Below are positions 27,100 through 39,548 of a DNA stretch of 64,000 bases, one piece after another (positions within the stretch are counted from its first letter, which is position 1; each line of letters begins with the position of its first letter). The position numbers and the translations under genes are program-made. The notes under the pieces are model-generated. The model saw only the letters and a list, made by a program, of their open reading frames with translations. It was not told where the DNA came from and made no database searches. The DNA lies in contig OZ199839.1 in the NCBI GenBank assembly GCA_964304625.1, forward strand, positions 11,066,847-11,130,846, in the 5' to 3' direction. Source of the DNA: Kudoa neothunni (Eukaryota > Animalia > Cnidaria).

Positions 27100-30000
27100 T
27101 CTTTGTTTGATCCAAAATTCATATTTATTTAATTCATTTTTAGTATTTTAGATTTATATGGAAAATTATTATTTTTTTATATTCATGTCTGAGTTTTATT
27201 TATGAAATTATAGAATTATTTTATCTTTATAGTGAATTTATATAAAATAATATAAATGGTTTATAAAATAACTGGTGCGAAAACCTCGGCCTTGCCGGGG
27301 AGTGGGTTACTTTCAATATTAAAATGGTACTGGCTATTCTTACGGTAATAGATGACTTCTAGAATAGCTACGATGTTACAAAACTGATTTCATTAATGTG
27401 TAAAGCTGTTGTTTATTTCCTCGAAAATAAAATTTCATAAAGATATCTTTTTATTAAAATTCACTGGTGAGTTTGAGCTTTATACCGTAGTTGGTTCTTT
27501 AAATTTGCCTACGTACATCCCCGTTTGTCAAAATAATACTTTGTGGAATTTTTATTTAGTGGAGAAAATGCTTTATTAAATATCCAAATAGGCATAATTT
27601 CATAATTTCTAATATTTGATACTTGAGAATTCTTTTGGCGAGGTTGTATTTGGGCATTTTAGATATTGAGGTTTATTCAAATTTATATTGCTTACACATA
27701 ATAATATAATTTTAAATCTTATTTAAAAATTTGTTATCTGGATTAAAGTCCTTATCAATAATTAATAAATTTTTAAATTTAAAATTTTTGTAGATGAGTG
27801 AATTATTATTATTAAATTGATATGTTATTTCCGTAACATGATTATTTATGAAAACTTATTGATTTGTGACTTTTCTAGGCGTGGGTCTCATAAATTGCCG
27901 CTATACTTTACGGAAAATAATGTTAATATTCAAAACATATGGGAATTTGTTAGTATCAAATTAAAATTTCAAAATAAATTCCTTTTTTTAATTTCACCAC
28001 TTCTTTATCAACTGCATACGTTGATTATCAACATATAAATTTTTTTTATTGTAAATTAATGCGGTTTAAATAATAGCATTATTCAAACTTTATACATCAA
28101 ATTTTGACCATAAAATCTCCTAATTAGATAAAAAATGGTCTCCAATTATCGAATGTTGAGAATTGGAAAACGTAAATATTTCTCCTAAATTTATTATACA
28201 TAAACGCTATCAATTTTAAATTAAAACCAATAAATATATTTAGAAATTTCTTTAAAAATCAACAGCTTTGCAGCACTACAAAAAGGTTTCGTGTGTATTA
28301 GACAAGGTTACTTTGGCCGGCTAGAACGCATGGCGCACCTGATTCATGACTAAAACCCCTGAACTTATTAGTAATATGGAAAACGTCATTTTCAACCTTT
28401 AAAACACGTTTTGCCGCTAATGTATTTACGAATAAGTGCATTTCAAGTGAATTCAATGAATATAGGATGATTAAAGGATCATACTCATCAGAAATGTTAA
28501 ATAAGAAACTAACTTAATAAATTTTGTATAAACGATGGAATAAATAATAGCTTTACACATTAATAAAATCAATTTTATAATATCTTAGCTATTCTAGAAG
28601 ATATTCCTTACCGTATCGAATAGTCTTGATACTCGAAAATGTCTAAAATTATTCAAAATTTTGATTCGGTGATGATCACTTTAATTGTTTAGGAAATAAG
28701 CTAAAGCAGTGTATATATGGTAATTACACACATTATTGGTTGGAAAAATTAAAATATAATAGTTATATTGTAATAAAAATAATAAAAAATGTGCAAAACA
28801 AATTTGTAACCGACCCAATGTGGAAAATACAGTACACACTACTCTACGAGCTGAAATATTTTACTGAGTCCCATTTTTATTACACATTTTTATTGGGTGA
28901 AAGAAATTGTCTCAAAAAAACGTATGAATAAAATAATGCGTATGGAATATTTTTAAAAGATTATAAATGTATTGAAGTCCAAAGGTTGATCATATCGTAA
29001 ATATTAAATTTTAATTATAAAATTTTTATCATAAAATGATCGGACTGTCTATTGCAACAGGAGGAAATAACCTTTAAAATAACATGTCAATTAAATTTTA
29101 AACTTCATTTTTATAATTGATGATTTTTTCGAAAAATAATTTAAAAATTTGGGGAAAATATAGTAGGTAGAATTTTCGGTAATGGGGAGTGTATGGCACC
29201 TAGAAATCACTATCTTGCGCATGTTCCTTCATTCTAATTTTTCACGATTGTTTATAATAAAATAATATCGAGATCAAAGATTCAGCACAAAATAACAACT
29301 TCTAAATTCTAACAATTCTTAACCCGAACATTGTGGGGTGCAGTGCAATCTCCATCATGAGACAATAAACATTGAATTTTCTCTTTCTCTCTCCTCTTAA
29401 TGACTCGACTGTTACATATTATCAATATTTAAATTTTTGTTTACTTTAATATAACAATTTTAAAATGATAAAATTAAAAACAGGCATTTCGCATTTTTCA
29501 CAAAAAACATCATATTTTCTATTATATAAATACGTTGTATTAACTATTAATGTATATAAACAAGTTTACAATAGGTATTTTTAGTTTATAATTTTTTTGG
29601 ACGATTTATATTTACTTATAGGATGATTATACTTGCATTTTTATTAACATTTATTAACTGCAAAAATTGTATATGTAAATATCAACAATTCTAAATGTTC
29701 ATTATGTCAAAGGCCTTATCAAAAAAATCTGTGCACAAATATTTTATTGAAAATTATTTATTTAACAATTCTTTTGAATAAATAAAAATAGGAGCCTGGA
29801 TCCAAGTAAGGTTTTAAAAACGGTGACAATAATTGAATAATTTTTTATTATTATTCTTAATTAATTAATTCAGGGATTCTCAACCGGAGGGAAATGACGA
29901 GGGGTAAATTAAATAACATCCAAATTGGATGTGGAATTTTTTGCTTTATATGCTTGTGATGTATTGCAGGATTTCTAAGGAATTATATTATGTGGCGATA

Positions 30001-30934
30001 TTAAAATCAACATGAATTAGGGAGAAATTCTTTCAAAATTAGTTAGGAACATGTATTTAACAGTTATTTTTAAAACTATTATCAATCTCTATCTTTTATT
30101 CCCCTTTTATTTTTTGGTGATGCATCCCCTAATAATTATAATAATACTTAACATGATTATTTTCATGGTAATTAGTATTAATGGGTAAATAGTTGTGACT
30201 AATTTAATTATGTCTAGGACATAAGATCGAAGAAATTGGCAAGAAATAATTTACTTGGGCAAATCTGAAAAATAAAATCCATATACGGCTTGTAAGAGTT
30301 GATGGAATTAAAAATTGTTATTTTGCGAGCGTAAGTGTCTGTTAGGACAAAAATTTACCCCCAAACCTCAAATAACTCCTGCTATAACTAAACCAGTATA
30401 AAACCTTACAGTAAACGTGAATTTTTCTTCCAAGTTAAGGGGATAAATATGAAAAAACGGTTGAGAACCCCTGCATTATACGATTATATTTGATTTGTTT
30501 TATTAAAAATAAAACACAATTAATATTTAACTCAGTTTGGATTGTATATATTTTAACATATTATTATTTTTATAATCGTATTAGAATCGGATTTATAATC
30601 TATATATCTTATAATTAGGGAATGCCACATATATTCTTTATGCATTAAAAAAATCTGCAATATCGTTAATTTAATCATTTTTGCATATTCATAGATAGAC
30701 ATGTATTTATTTATTCAGTAATATATTTAATCATACTAAAAACGTTATTTAAAAGTTCTAATTTTTCCCCATTAATTGATCTGAATCATTCTTCGGATAA
30801 ATATGCTTCTAAGATTTCAAAAGAAACTCCTCTTTTTATTCTTAGGAATTTTGTTTTCAGTCTTCCCCAGCAGGCCTAGATGGTATTAGTGTGAAACCCA
30901 TCGCGAACATATTCTATAGAATGATTAATTTTTA
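27100..30934 (+). repeat. Type-A downstream flank, duplicate of 6778-15461 minus later TE insertions
   Basis: Collinear high-identity match, including the same 63-codon frame at 8627 and 28740. Homology stops at the MULE TIR at 15462. Confidence 0.9.
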
Positions 30935-32309
30935 TATGATTATAACCAAGCGATGATAAACTATTGTAGGCAGACCATAAATCACTAAAAATAGTCCACC
31001 CAGAAATGACTTCAGTCTTGATAATTTCGGTCAAGGTTTCGGAATTTCCTTTTTCGACGTAGAAGTATCGAACTTCCTTTAGTCATCTTTTGTTATTGTC
31101 GTCGACGTGACAAAGTGTCAAACAAAATATCCACGGCAGTCAATACAGTTACCGTATTTTTCTCTTCTTGCTGAATTTATATACTCAAATAAATTGAACA
31201 AGATAATCATATATTACTTTAGGAATTATCCGATACTACGTTCTCTGATGGTTCATATTGGCTTCAGCTCATATCATTGATTGCTATAAGATTAAAAGTA
31301 TAACAAGCCATAATAAAGAAATATGGTGCATTAAATAATAGAGATAATCACTTAGATCAACAAATTCTTTGTTTGGAGACGTCTTCCAAATATTTCATTT
31401 TAAACAACCGTCACGATTATTTTTTCGTTTTCCATGGAGAAGGGTTTCATCTATTCCAACTACGAAATCTTCTCCACTAAATTTGACTCGTTGATTAAAG
31501 TTGAGGGTGCAAATATCTCCAAGCTTCGTAAACCACATGGCCACCGTTTTCTTGTCCGAATCAATCATTTCGGAGGCGGATAAAATAGAATTATCCATAG
31601 ATCCGTAATAAATAATTTTAAAAAATTTTTTGACTGTCAGGTTATGAGATGGACCATGACAACTTGAAATAGAAAAGAACGTCCCGTTCCTCGGAGATAC
31701 CTTGGTTTTGCATCTGACTCCCGTTAAGGTGGTTTTTAGAGACAACGTTATTACTTTTTACAAAAATAGCAAAACGTATAATCATAATCATTCTGTTAGT
31801 ATGATGTCACTTTTGGCATAGGTCTTCTGACATTCGATTTTCGTTTTGTTAATGAAAAACATTTAAAATTATAACATTTAGAGCACCTATGAGGTTGAGA
31901 ACGAAGATACCCTTTATGTAGCAATGCATTAAATAATTTCATGGGATCATTAATTAATGGAAAAAGGCGCCATCTCCTAGAAAACTTAACGAATCCATTT
32001 CCTTAACACATGCTAAGCTAACCCATTATTTTATTAACAAAGTTTATATGTTGTTCAATAATAAATCATGAAAGTCAAGGTTAATTTGAAAATAAGAGAA
32101 AATTCAGTGTTTACTGTCACATGGAGGAGATTGTACACGCATTCGACAGTGTTCAGGTTAAGAATTGTTAGAATTTAGAATTTGTTATTCTGAGCTGAAT
32201 CTTTGCTCTCGGTATTATTTTATTTTATTATAAACAATCGTGAAAAAATTAGAAAGAAGCAACATGCACAAGATAGTGATTTTTAGGTGCCACACACTCC
32301 CCTATTACC
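29178..32309 (-). mobile_element. Probable Merlin element with ~165-bp TIRs, containing the hAT MITE and a decayed ISXO2-type transposase
   Basis: 29178-29345 is the reverse complement of ~32140-32309 (GGTAATGGGGAGTGT...). Internal VVGIDETLLHGKRKNNR (31395-31745). The TSD is not clean. Confidence 0.65.
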
Positions 32310-32929
32310 ATTATTTCTTCTTTCATTCGGTTGGTTGGTTATTCTATACCTGATTATCTTATTTCGAATTATGCTCGTTGGTATCGTTTTTTACTTTAAG
32401 TTAGTTATATCATTTTAAATGAGTATTTTGTAACAATGTTTAATATTTTTTCTAGTCTTGAAATATTATTATTTCCAATGTAGCTTTAATTATCTTAATG
32501 GCAATCATTGAACTAAGGATAAATTCATTGCAATATTCTGCAGACGTTGGCCTATATTTGTTTACAATCATTGCTGCAAACAAACCACATTAACACAAGC
32601 TCACGTGTTCTTAATTTAAGTCTCGTATATATCGATATTCTAGTTGTGTAAAATCAACGCAACATTTAAAAATCACTTATACAACAACTTAAGTATGGAT
32701 TTATTGAAGCAAAGTATTAAACAATGACGGCATATTTGGCCAATTTAGAGGAAAAAGTCGACTAATTTATTTTCTTTTTAAAATTTATTTAACAGTAGTT
32801 CATTTATTGTTATATGTATTTATGAAATTAAAATTTTCATACGTACGTTATTTTGGTAGATATTCCCATCCGTTGCAATAGCCACTATCATTTTTTAAAG
32901 TGAGTCCCCTATTAGGCATCTTTCGAGAG

Positions 32930-35121
32930 GCCTGTTTGAAAACTGAATCCGACTATAATCAGTGCGTGGATGAGCAGATGATTCCATTTAAAGGTATTTA
33001 CGAGAAATGAGTCTGGTGGTATTGTTCATGACATTTTTCTGGAAGTGGCAATTTTACTTATGATGGCGAAATCTCGGGTTTTCAATACTCCGACATCGTT
33101 TTAAATTGGCCCAGTCTATTGAAAAGGGAAACAGACACCACATACATTTTGATAATTATTTTTCAACGCTCCCGCCGCATTCGATTATACTCAAAATGGG
33201 TCATCATTCCATGAGTACGATGAGAAGAAATCGCCTCCGTAATTGTCCTATCAGTGACGATAAGACTTTTAAAAAATTGAAAAGGGGCAGTTACGAATAT
33301 GCGCTATATGTAGACAAAGATTCAAAAACTAATATTGTGTGTTGGTTAGACAGATCCGCCTTAACTGTGACATCGACAGCTCACTCTATTTCTCCTATGA
33401 GCGCTATCGACAGATACGATCGAAAAGAGAAAAAAAGTTGTAAAAATCGATTGGACCATAAATCCAAAAAATGGTATAAGAGGATATTTTTGTGGGCCAT
33501 TATGCCAATGTTTTATAAAGATGTCTTCCAACGTTTACATCATTGTTGACCCTGTGGCCTCATTATGAAATATCACTAGTTCTTTCTATTAGTATTTAAG
33601 CCCTCATTATTATCTTTATATCATCACATTTCACCTGTTTTATATTCACGTATGCGTCACGAGAGGTTTTGACAATATCCTTAAAGGATAACTTATCTAC
33701 AAATGCCAATGCTTGTTAGACGAAATTCCCGCACAACAGTAAGAAATACAATGAATAATGGCTCAAGATAGATATCATATATAAATCATAGTTATTATAA
33801 TACATAATTATTTGAGTTTCCAGTTATAAGTTGTTGCAACGGCTTTAAAAAAGAATAAATCATATGAGAGTTAATTATGACATGTTTTTCAAGTCATTTA
33901 TTTTTATGTGATGCTTTAATTTCTGGGTCATTGGTAGGGTTACACAATTGGAACATTTCCAGTCCAGCAGAACTTTGTTGGGTTTTTAAGTTTATAGTAA
34001 ATGTCATTTATCCCGAATGAGCTTTTTCGATGGGGAATAGAAACGTCTATTAAAAATTTCGGCATTGTTGGAAGTAAGTTTTTTATTATTGAATATTCGA
34101 TCACAGGCATTCCACGATTCAATGAGGTATTACTTTTAATATAGTTTTTGTTAAAATATTCTAGGAAATGATCTATATTGACATTTTTAAATATACTTGA
34201 TTCGTCGTACAATTTTTTAAATTCTTTCTCAACGACATCTCTAGGAGCAAACGCAAGCGAGGAAATCTATTTTATGTAAAAAAACTCATAATGGTATATC
34301 ATATCTTGGGGTTTTTAGTTTATGAATGACAAAATTTACATTCGCGCGATTGTCCATTTTGTTTTATTCGTATTCACGAAGTTAATTGTTGTGATAAATT
34401 ATTATTTACTCACACGCGTGGGCCGGCAAATGTTTGTCTATGGTAAAAATTTGTCATACTATTTTTTGGGGCCATTGATTTGTGTATCCTTAACAGATGA
34501 CTTTTCTACAAACGCTAATGCTTGTTAAACGAAATTCATGCCAAAAATATTCGCTGTTTAATGGATTTTGGCGTTTCGGTGAGCGAGCAATGGATGCATG
34601 TGTATCAGGTGTTAAATATGATGAGGAAGAGAGGTAAACCCTCCACATCCGATTTTGTTCCTACATCAATTCCAATGACAGCTAGGGTCTATAATCTTTT
34701 TGATTCAAAGGTAAGTACAAATGTACGATTTGACGAAATATCTCATTTCCCAGAATAAATAGCGGCTAATGTAAGATGTTAATTTTGTGGACTGCATTCC
34801 AGAACAATGTGTCTTAAATGCGATGTCCACTTATGCTTAAATATAAGTATAAACTGCTTCTTAGACTATCATACAAAAAAATAAATTTTTTTATTACGTT
34901 TGTCTGTTATACGTGTATTTTTTGGGAACGACAACACCTTTATAAATTTTTGGGCATGTGCACGACAATTTTTGAGGCCAAGATGTCTCCGAATGATGCC
35001 ATATGACACCATTAAGTAATAGACTTCCTACTTAAATATTCCTTTAATTTTTGCATATATTATTAATTTAATTTTTTAAAATATTTTCTCACTCCTTGGT
35101 TTTCAGGTCTCAAAGAGTTAA
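32930..35121 (+). mobile_element. Decayed piggyBac with a nested MULE-like fragment (~33900-34280, minus strand)
   Basis: VDEQMIPFKG, HFDNYFST, KSKKWYKRIF and Cys-rich tail CLKCDVHLC; right end ..gagTTAA. Nested SLAFAP..FLEYFNKNYI motif typical of MULE transposases. Confidence 0.7.
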
Positions 35122-36053
35122 GTAGAAATTTAAAAATCCGCGCTCGCAAAAGACATTGTTTACTTGATTAATAAGCAATTATTTATTATGTAAAATATTT
35201 TAACTTCGGCTACTTAAATTAAAAATGTTGACGTATCTATTAATTAAGAATATGGAGACTTCAAGGAAAAACAGTACATAATAATGGCAATTTTTACACG
35301 TCTACAGAGGAGTAATCTGCTTTTTTAAATAATTGATAATTAATTTTTGCTTAATATATATACAGCCATGTGTTCAGATATAGTACAAATTTACATAAGA
35401 ACCGAATGTTTAATCTAAGTTTTAAAAGGAACATTTATCATTAAATAATCTAGGAATATTTTTGTTTTAAATATTGCATTGGTATATATGTTACATTGTA
35501 TAGTCGTACGGTGATGATTGCTACTTTTATCCGGAAATATGATTAAATAGTTCTTCCGGTTTCCGGTTATCGAGGTTCGACTGTATTTGAAAATCATTAT
35601 TTTTCGCGATTATAAACTTTTCTTGGTCAGGGAGTTTGTTATTTCCCAAAGTAGACAATTATCACTATAAAAATCCACAAGAAAATTAATTAATAATTAT
35701 AAGGTAAATATAATTTTGAATTTTCTAAATTTATGATTTTATAATTATCGGAACCGTTAAGTTTTGATAATGACCAAAATTAGAATTATGTTAATGAATT
35801 TATAGTTAGTTCATATTGACGCTAAAGATTACCCGATTTTTCGTATTATTTGAATTGGTTGGCCATTTATTTAATTAAATCGGGTGAATTAATTATAAAC
35901 AATTATTTACGAAAAGAATATGGTATGTGTGTATAAAGGGACCATTGAATTCATTAGCCGATTACACTTATATAAAGATTCTATCTATAATAGTGTTAAA
36001 ATTATTTAAAGTTATTTGACAATTGTACGAATCTGAACGATAAAATATTTAAA

Positions 36054-37887
36054 ATGAAATTATTTTGGATTCTTCTGATATGTAATTTTTTAATTTGGAA
36101 TTATAGTTTTGATTCTTCTAGGTTGTCTCAATATTCTCTATTCATACGCCGAAATTATTGATAATGATTATAGGAATAGTGCAAACGACACATCATTTGA
36201 AATGAAGCACCGAATTAAATGCATAATAAATCAAAATGTGCCGTTTAAACAATATGACGCAAAAAAATACAATTTTACTAATGAGACGAACCAAGTTTGC
36301 GATGTGGCAGATTTTCTAAGCGGCTCAAAGAATAATCTTAACACGCAAGAAAATGAATATGGTTCGAATAATCAGAAATTGTTGGAAATAATCGAAGTAA
36401 GTAAGTTTTTAAATCAGACGAAGTATATTTCAAATAACTATGAAATAATTAAATCAATTATTGAAACATACATTGGAAATATTACTAATATTATCCAAAA
36501 CGAAACTACATTGAAAAGTGCTGCCGCGTTATTTAAAAATAAAAAAAGTGAATTTATTTCTGAATGGGAAGATTACAAAAACAAATGCGACAAAATTAAT
36601 GCGGCAAAGGGAAAAATAAAAGATATTTTCGATTCAATAGCCAAATCGATAAAAATTTGTTCTGGAAATGTGAAAAGCGTTGCCGATTACAATTACGTAA
36701 TTAGCAATTATAGTGTGACCAAATATTTGGATGATAATTGGAAAATAATTACTGAAGGTGCTAAAGAGTTGAAAACTGCGTGTCAAACCGACAACGAAAA
36801 GACTATTCCTACCATATACGCATGTATTACCACGACTTTTGATAATTATAAACAGATTTTAAGCAAAATTAACAATCAAAAAGACGATTTAATCAGTAAA
36901 GTTCCAGAGTTAACCCAAGAAACTTCAAATTATCGTAGTCTGATAAACGATATCAATAGAATAACTCAAGATAATTTATTGACTAAGTATAACCTGCTGA
37001 TGGTGAGTTATAATGACGCCCTCAAAATGATTGAAAATAATAAACGGGAAAGGAGTTTATGGAACGATTATATCGTTAGAGTGACTGTTCATTTATCAAA
37101 GGGAAGCGCAACAGAAAAAGATTCATTCGAGAAAGCAATTACTGCTCTAAATGGATATTTGAAAGAGAATATAGACGAGGATGGAAATGAAGAGAAACTT
37201 AAAATATTAACAGAACTTTTGGGAGACGTAATCAAAAATTTTGACACCCAGAGGGATACAATGCTAAAAATAGCCAAGTTGAATGCTGAAAATGTAGATA
37301 TCACAATTAAATGGATTAAAGCTATCTCTGGTATAATAAAATCACAATTTTATGAGAATAAAGACTATTATCAGGATATATATGTGGAAAATTCGACTCT
37401 CAGCAATACCTACGCTTTCAATAGAAGCGCGACATCTATTACCGAATATGTAGACGAACTTAAATTCACGATGAAAAGTATGAGTGAAGGATTGAGTAGA
37501 AGCACCCAACTTTTAAATTCTGCTTCACTCAATAAGGTTGGAATTGAAAATGAAGGGAAAAAACTGGAGAAAATATTTGAATCCCTACAAATCAACGTAC
37601 CAAATGTGCCTAAAAACGGCGGAGGTAATTCAAAACTGAATACTATGAACCAAACAAATGAGATAATGACGGCCCCAAAAATGAACAATGTTGCAGCTGA
37701 AGGGCCAGACCTATCATCGGAAACGACAGCAGTTATAATTATTAAAGACTCGAAAAGTCAAAGCAAATCTAGTTTGATTGCTATCGTGGCAACTGTGTTA
37801 GGGCTTTTGGTGATCATTATTATTGTTGGAGCGGTAATATACCGAACCAAATTGGCAACCAATCAAAAGTTCAACGATAAAATTTAG
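36054..37887 (+). CDS. Surface-protein family copy 4 (type B), ~597 aa; exon1 36054-36081, intron 36082-36121, exon2 36122-37887
   Basis: Spliced N-terminus MKLFWILLICCLNILYSYA-EIID; open frame; same architecture, with two extra Cys (NKCDK, YACIT). Confidence 0.9.
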
Positions 37888-38500
37888 TCTTTGTTTGATG
37901 CAAAATTCATATTTATTTAATTCATTTTTAGTATTTTAGATTTATATAGAAAATTTTTTTTATCTTCATATGTCTGATTTTTGCTGATTTAATTATAGAA
38001 TTATTTTGTTATTATAGTGAATTTTTATTAAATAATGTAAATGGTTTATAAAATAATATATTAACTGATAATAAATTTTTAACTTATATACTGAGTGAAA
38101 TAGAATGAATATAAGGTGCAGTTCGCGTTTATTTTTTTGTAGTTGATAAAGCCTAAAAATATTATAGCTTTGAATTTTTATTAATTATTAAGATCTTGAA
38201 TTTGAATAAATAGAGTTTTAATAATTTAATAATTTCATTTAATTAAATATTTTTCATGTATTTACATATTTTGGGAAAGCGTTTGTGATTTCCATAAGTT
38301 ATTAAGATTAACACGAAGAACCACATAAAATCGTCTAGTTTAATTTAACCCTTACGGGACGGACGAGGTATTTTAGGAACCGCAATTATTTTATTTCTCG
38401 AAATTTCTATTTTTACCTTTTTATTTTCTCTATAATTTTCCATGCAATCTTTTAATATCATATCAACTTTAAACCAAACTATCAAAAAATTATTTGCTCA
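37888..38500 (+). repeat. Type-B downstream flank, duplicate of 24119-~24730
   Basis: Near-identical to the flank of copy 2 up to aaaccaaactatcaaaaa. Confidence 0.9.
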
Positions 38501-39297
38501 AGGATATAAAATATTAGACTACTTTTTCAAAACCGAATTAATAGTATTTAATATTTAAAAGCCTTTGAATCTCTTATATTTATTATTTATTTAATTTTAA
38601 CTAAAAATTAATGGTAAAAAATTAATTTATAAATGAATACAAGCAATAAGAGCATGACTAAGTTTTGTTTTATTTTCTACCGGAAGAATCCAACAAGATT
38701 GGAGATTATCCTGAGATTGTTTTAAGACATGAGCGCTCTTGGTAGTATATTAATTTTGAAAATATAGGTCGATTAGTATTTAATTTTGTTCAAACCGGGT
38801 TTTTCTTTTTACATCAGTCATGATTTTTACCATCAAATGAAAATTCTAACTTACAAGATAGTTGTTTGAAGGGAAGGAAATATTCCTACGATTTGATACC
38901 ACGATCGCCACATGAGATTAACAAAAATTTTCGAATATCTTTGTTGTGGCGGTTTTATCGGTTGTTTCTTTCAGATGACAGATTCACTTGAAGATCAAAC
39001 TTGAGTTTTCAATAGTTACTTAATAGCTTTATACAAACATAACCTATATTTTTGAGGAATTTCTTGTGTATTCTCGCTTTTTTTCTTAAAAGTGATGGTT
39101 AAGAATTGCTTGTATTTTTTTCCTAACTTGTTAAATATTTTTACATTCTGGGCAGTTATTTTTATTTCAAATTAAATAATAACCATATTGAACAATTTGT
39201 TATCCATGCGGACGAATTAAGTTGAAAAACCTCTGGGGTACCTTAGGTTCCCCCATCGGCACACGCATAAGTTTTTTCGAGTGCCGTCTTCCGAGGG
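38349..39297. mobile_element. piggyBac-derived non-autonomous element (truncated copy at 24580-~24725)
   Basis: TTAA-CCCTTACGGGACGG ... CCGTCTTCCGAGGG-TTAG ends. Confidence 0.55.
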
Positions 39298-39548
39298 TTA
39301 GGTGAAGATATATATATATATATAGATGCGACAATATTTCGATAAAGTTATAAGACTATTATTCAGCAGATTTAGGCAAAAAGTATTATAAATATGGAAT
39401 TATACACACGTATCGCATTTCATTAATTTTCCTAGTAAACAGTGATTGTTATGCATTCCAAACGTAGGTTCTATTCTTAGTGGAAATCAAACGACATTAC
39501 AGTACGTAAACTTAGATTCTACATGAATAACCACTTAGAATAATCAAG

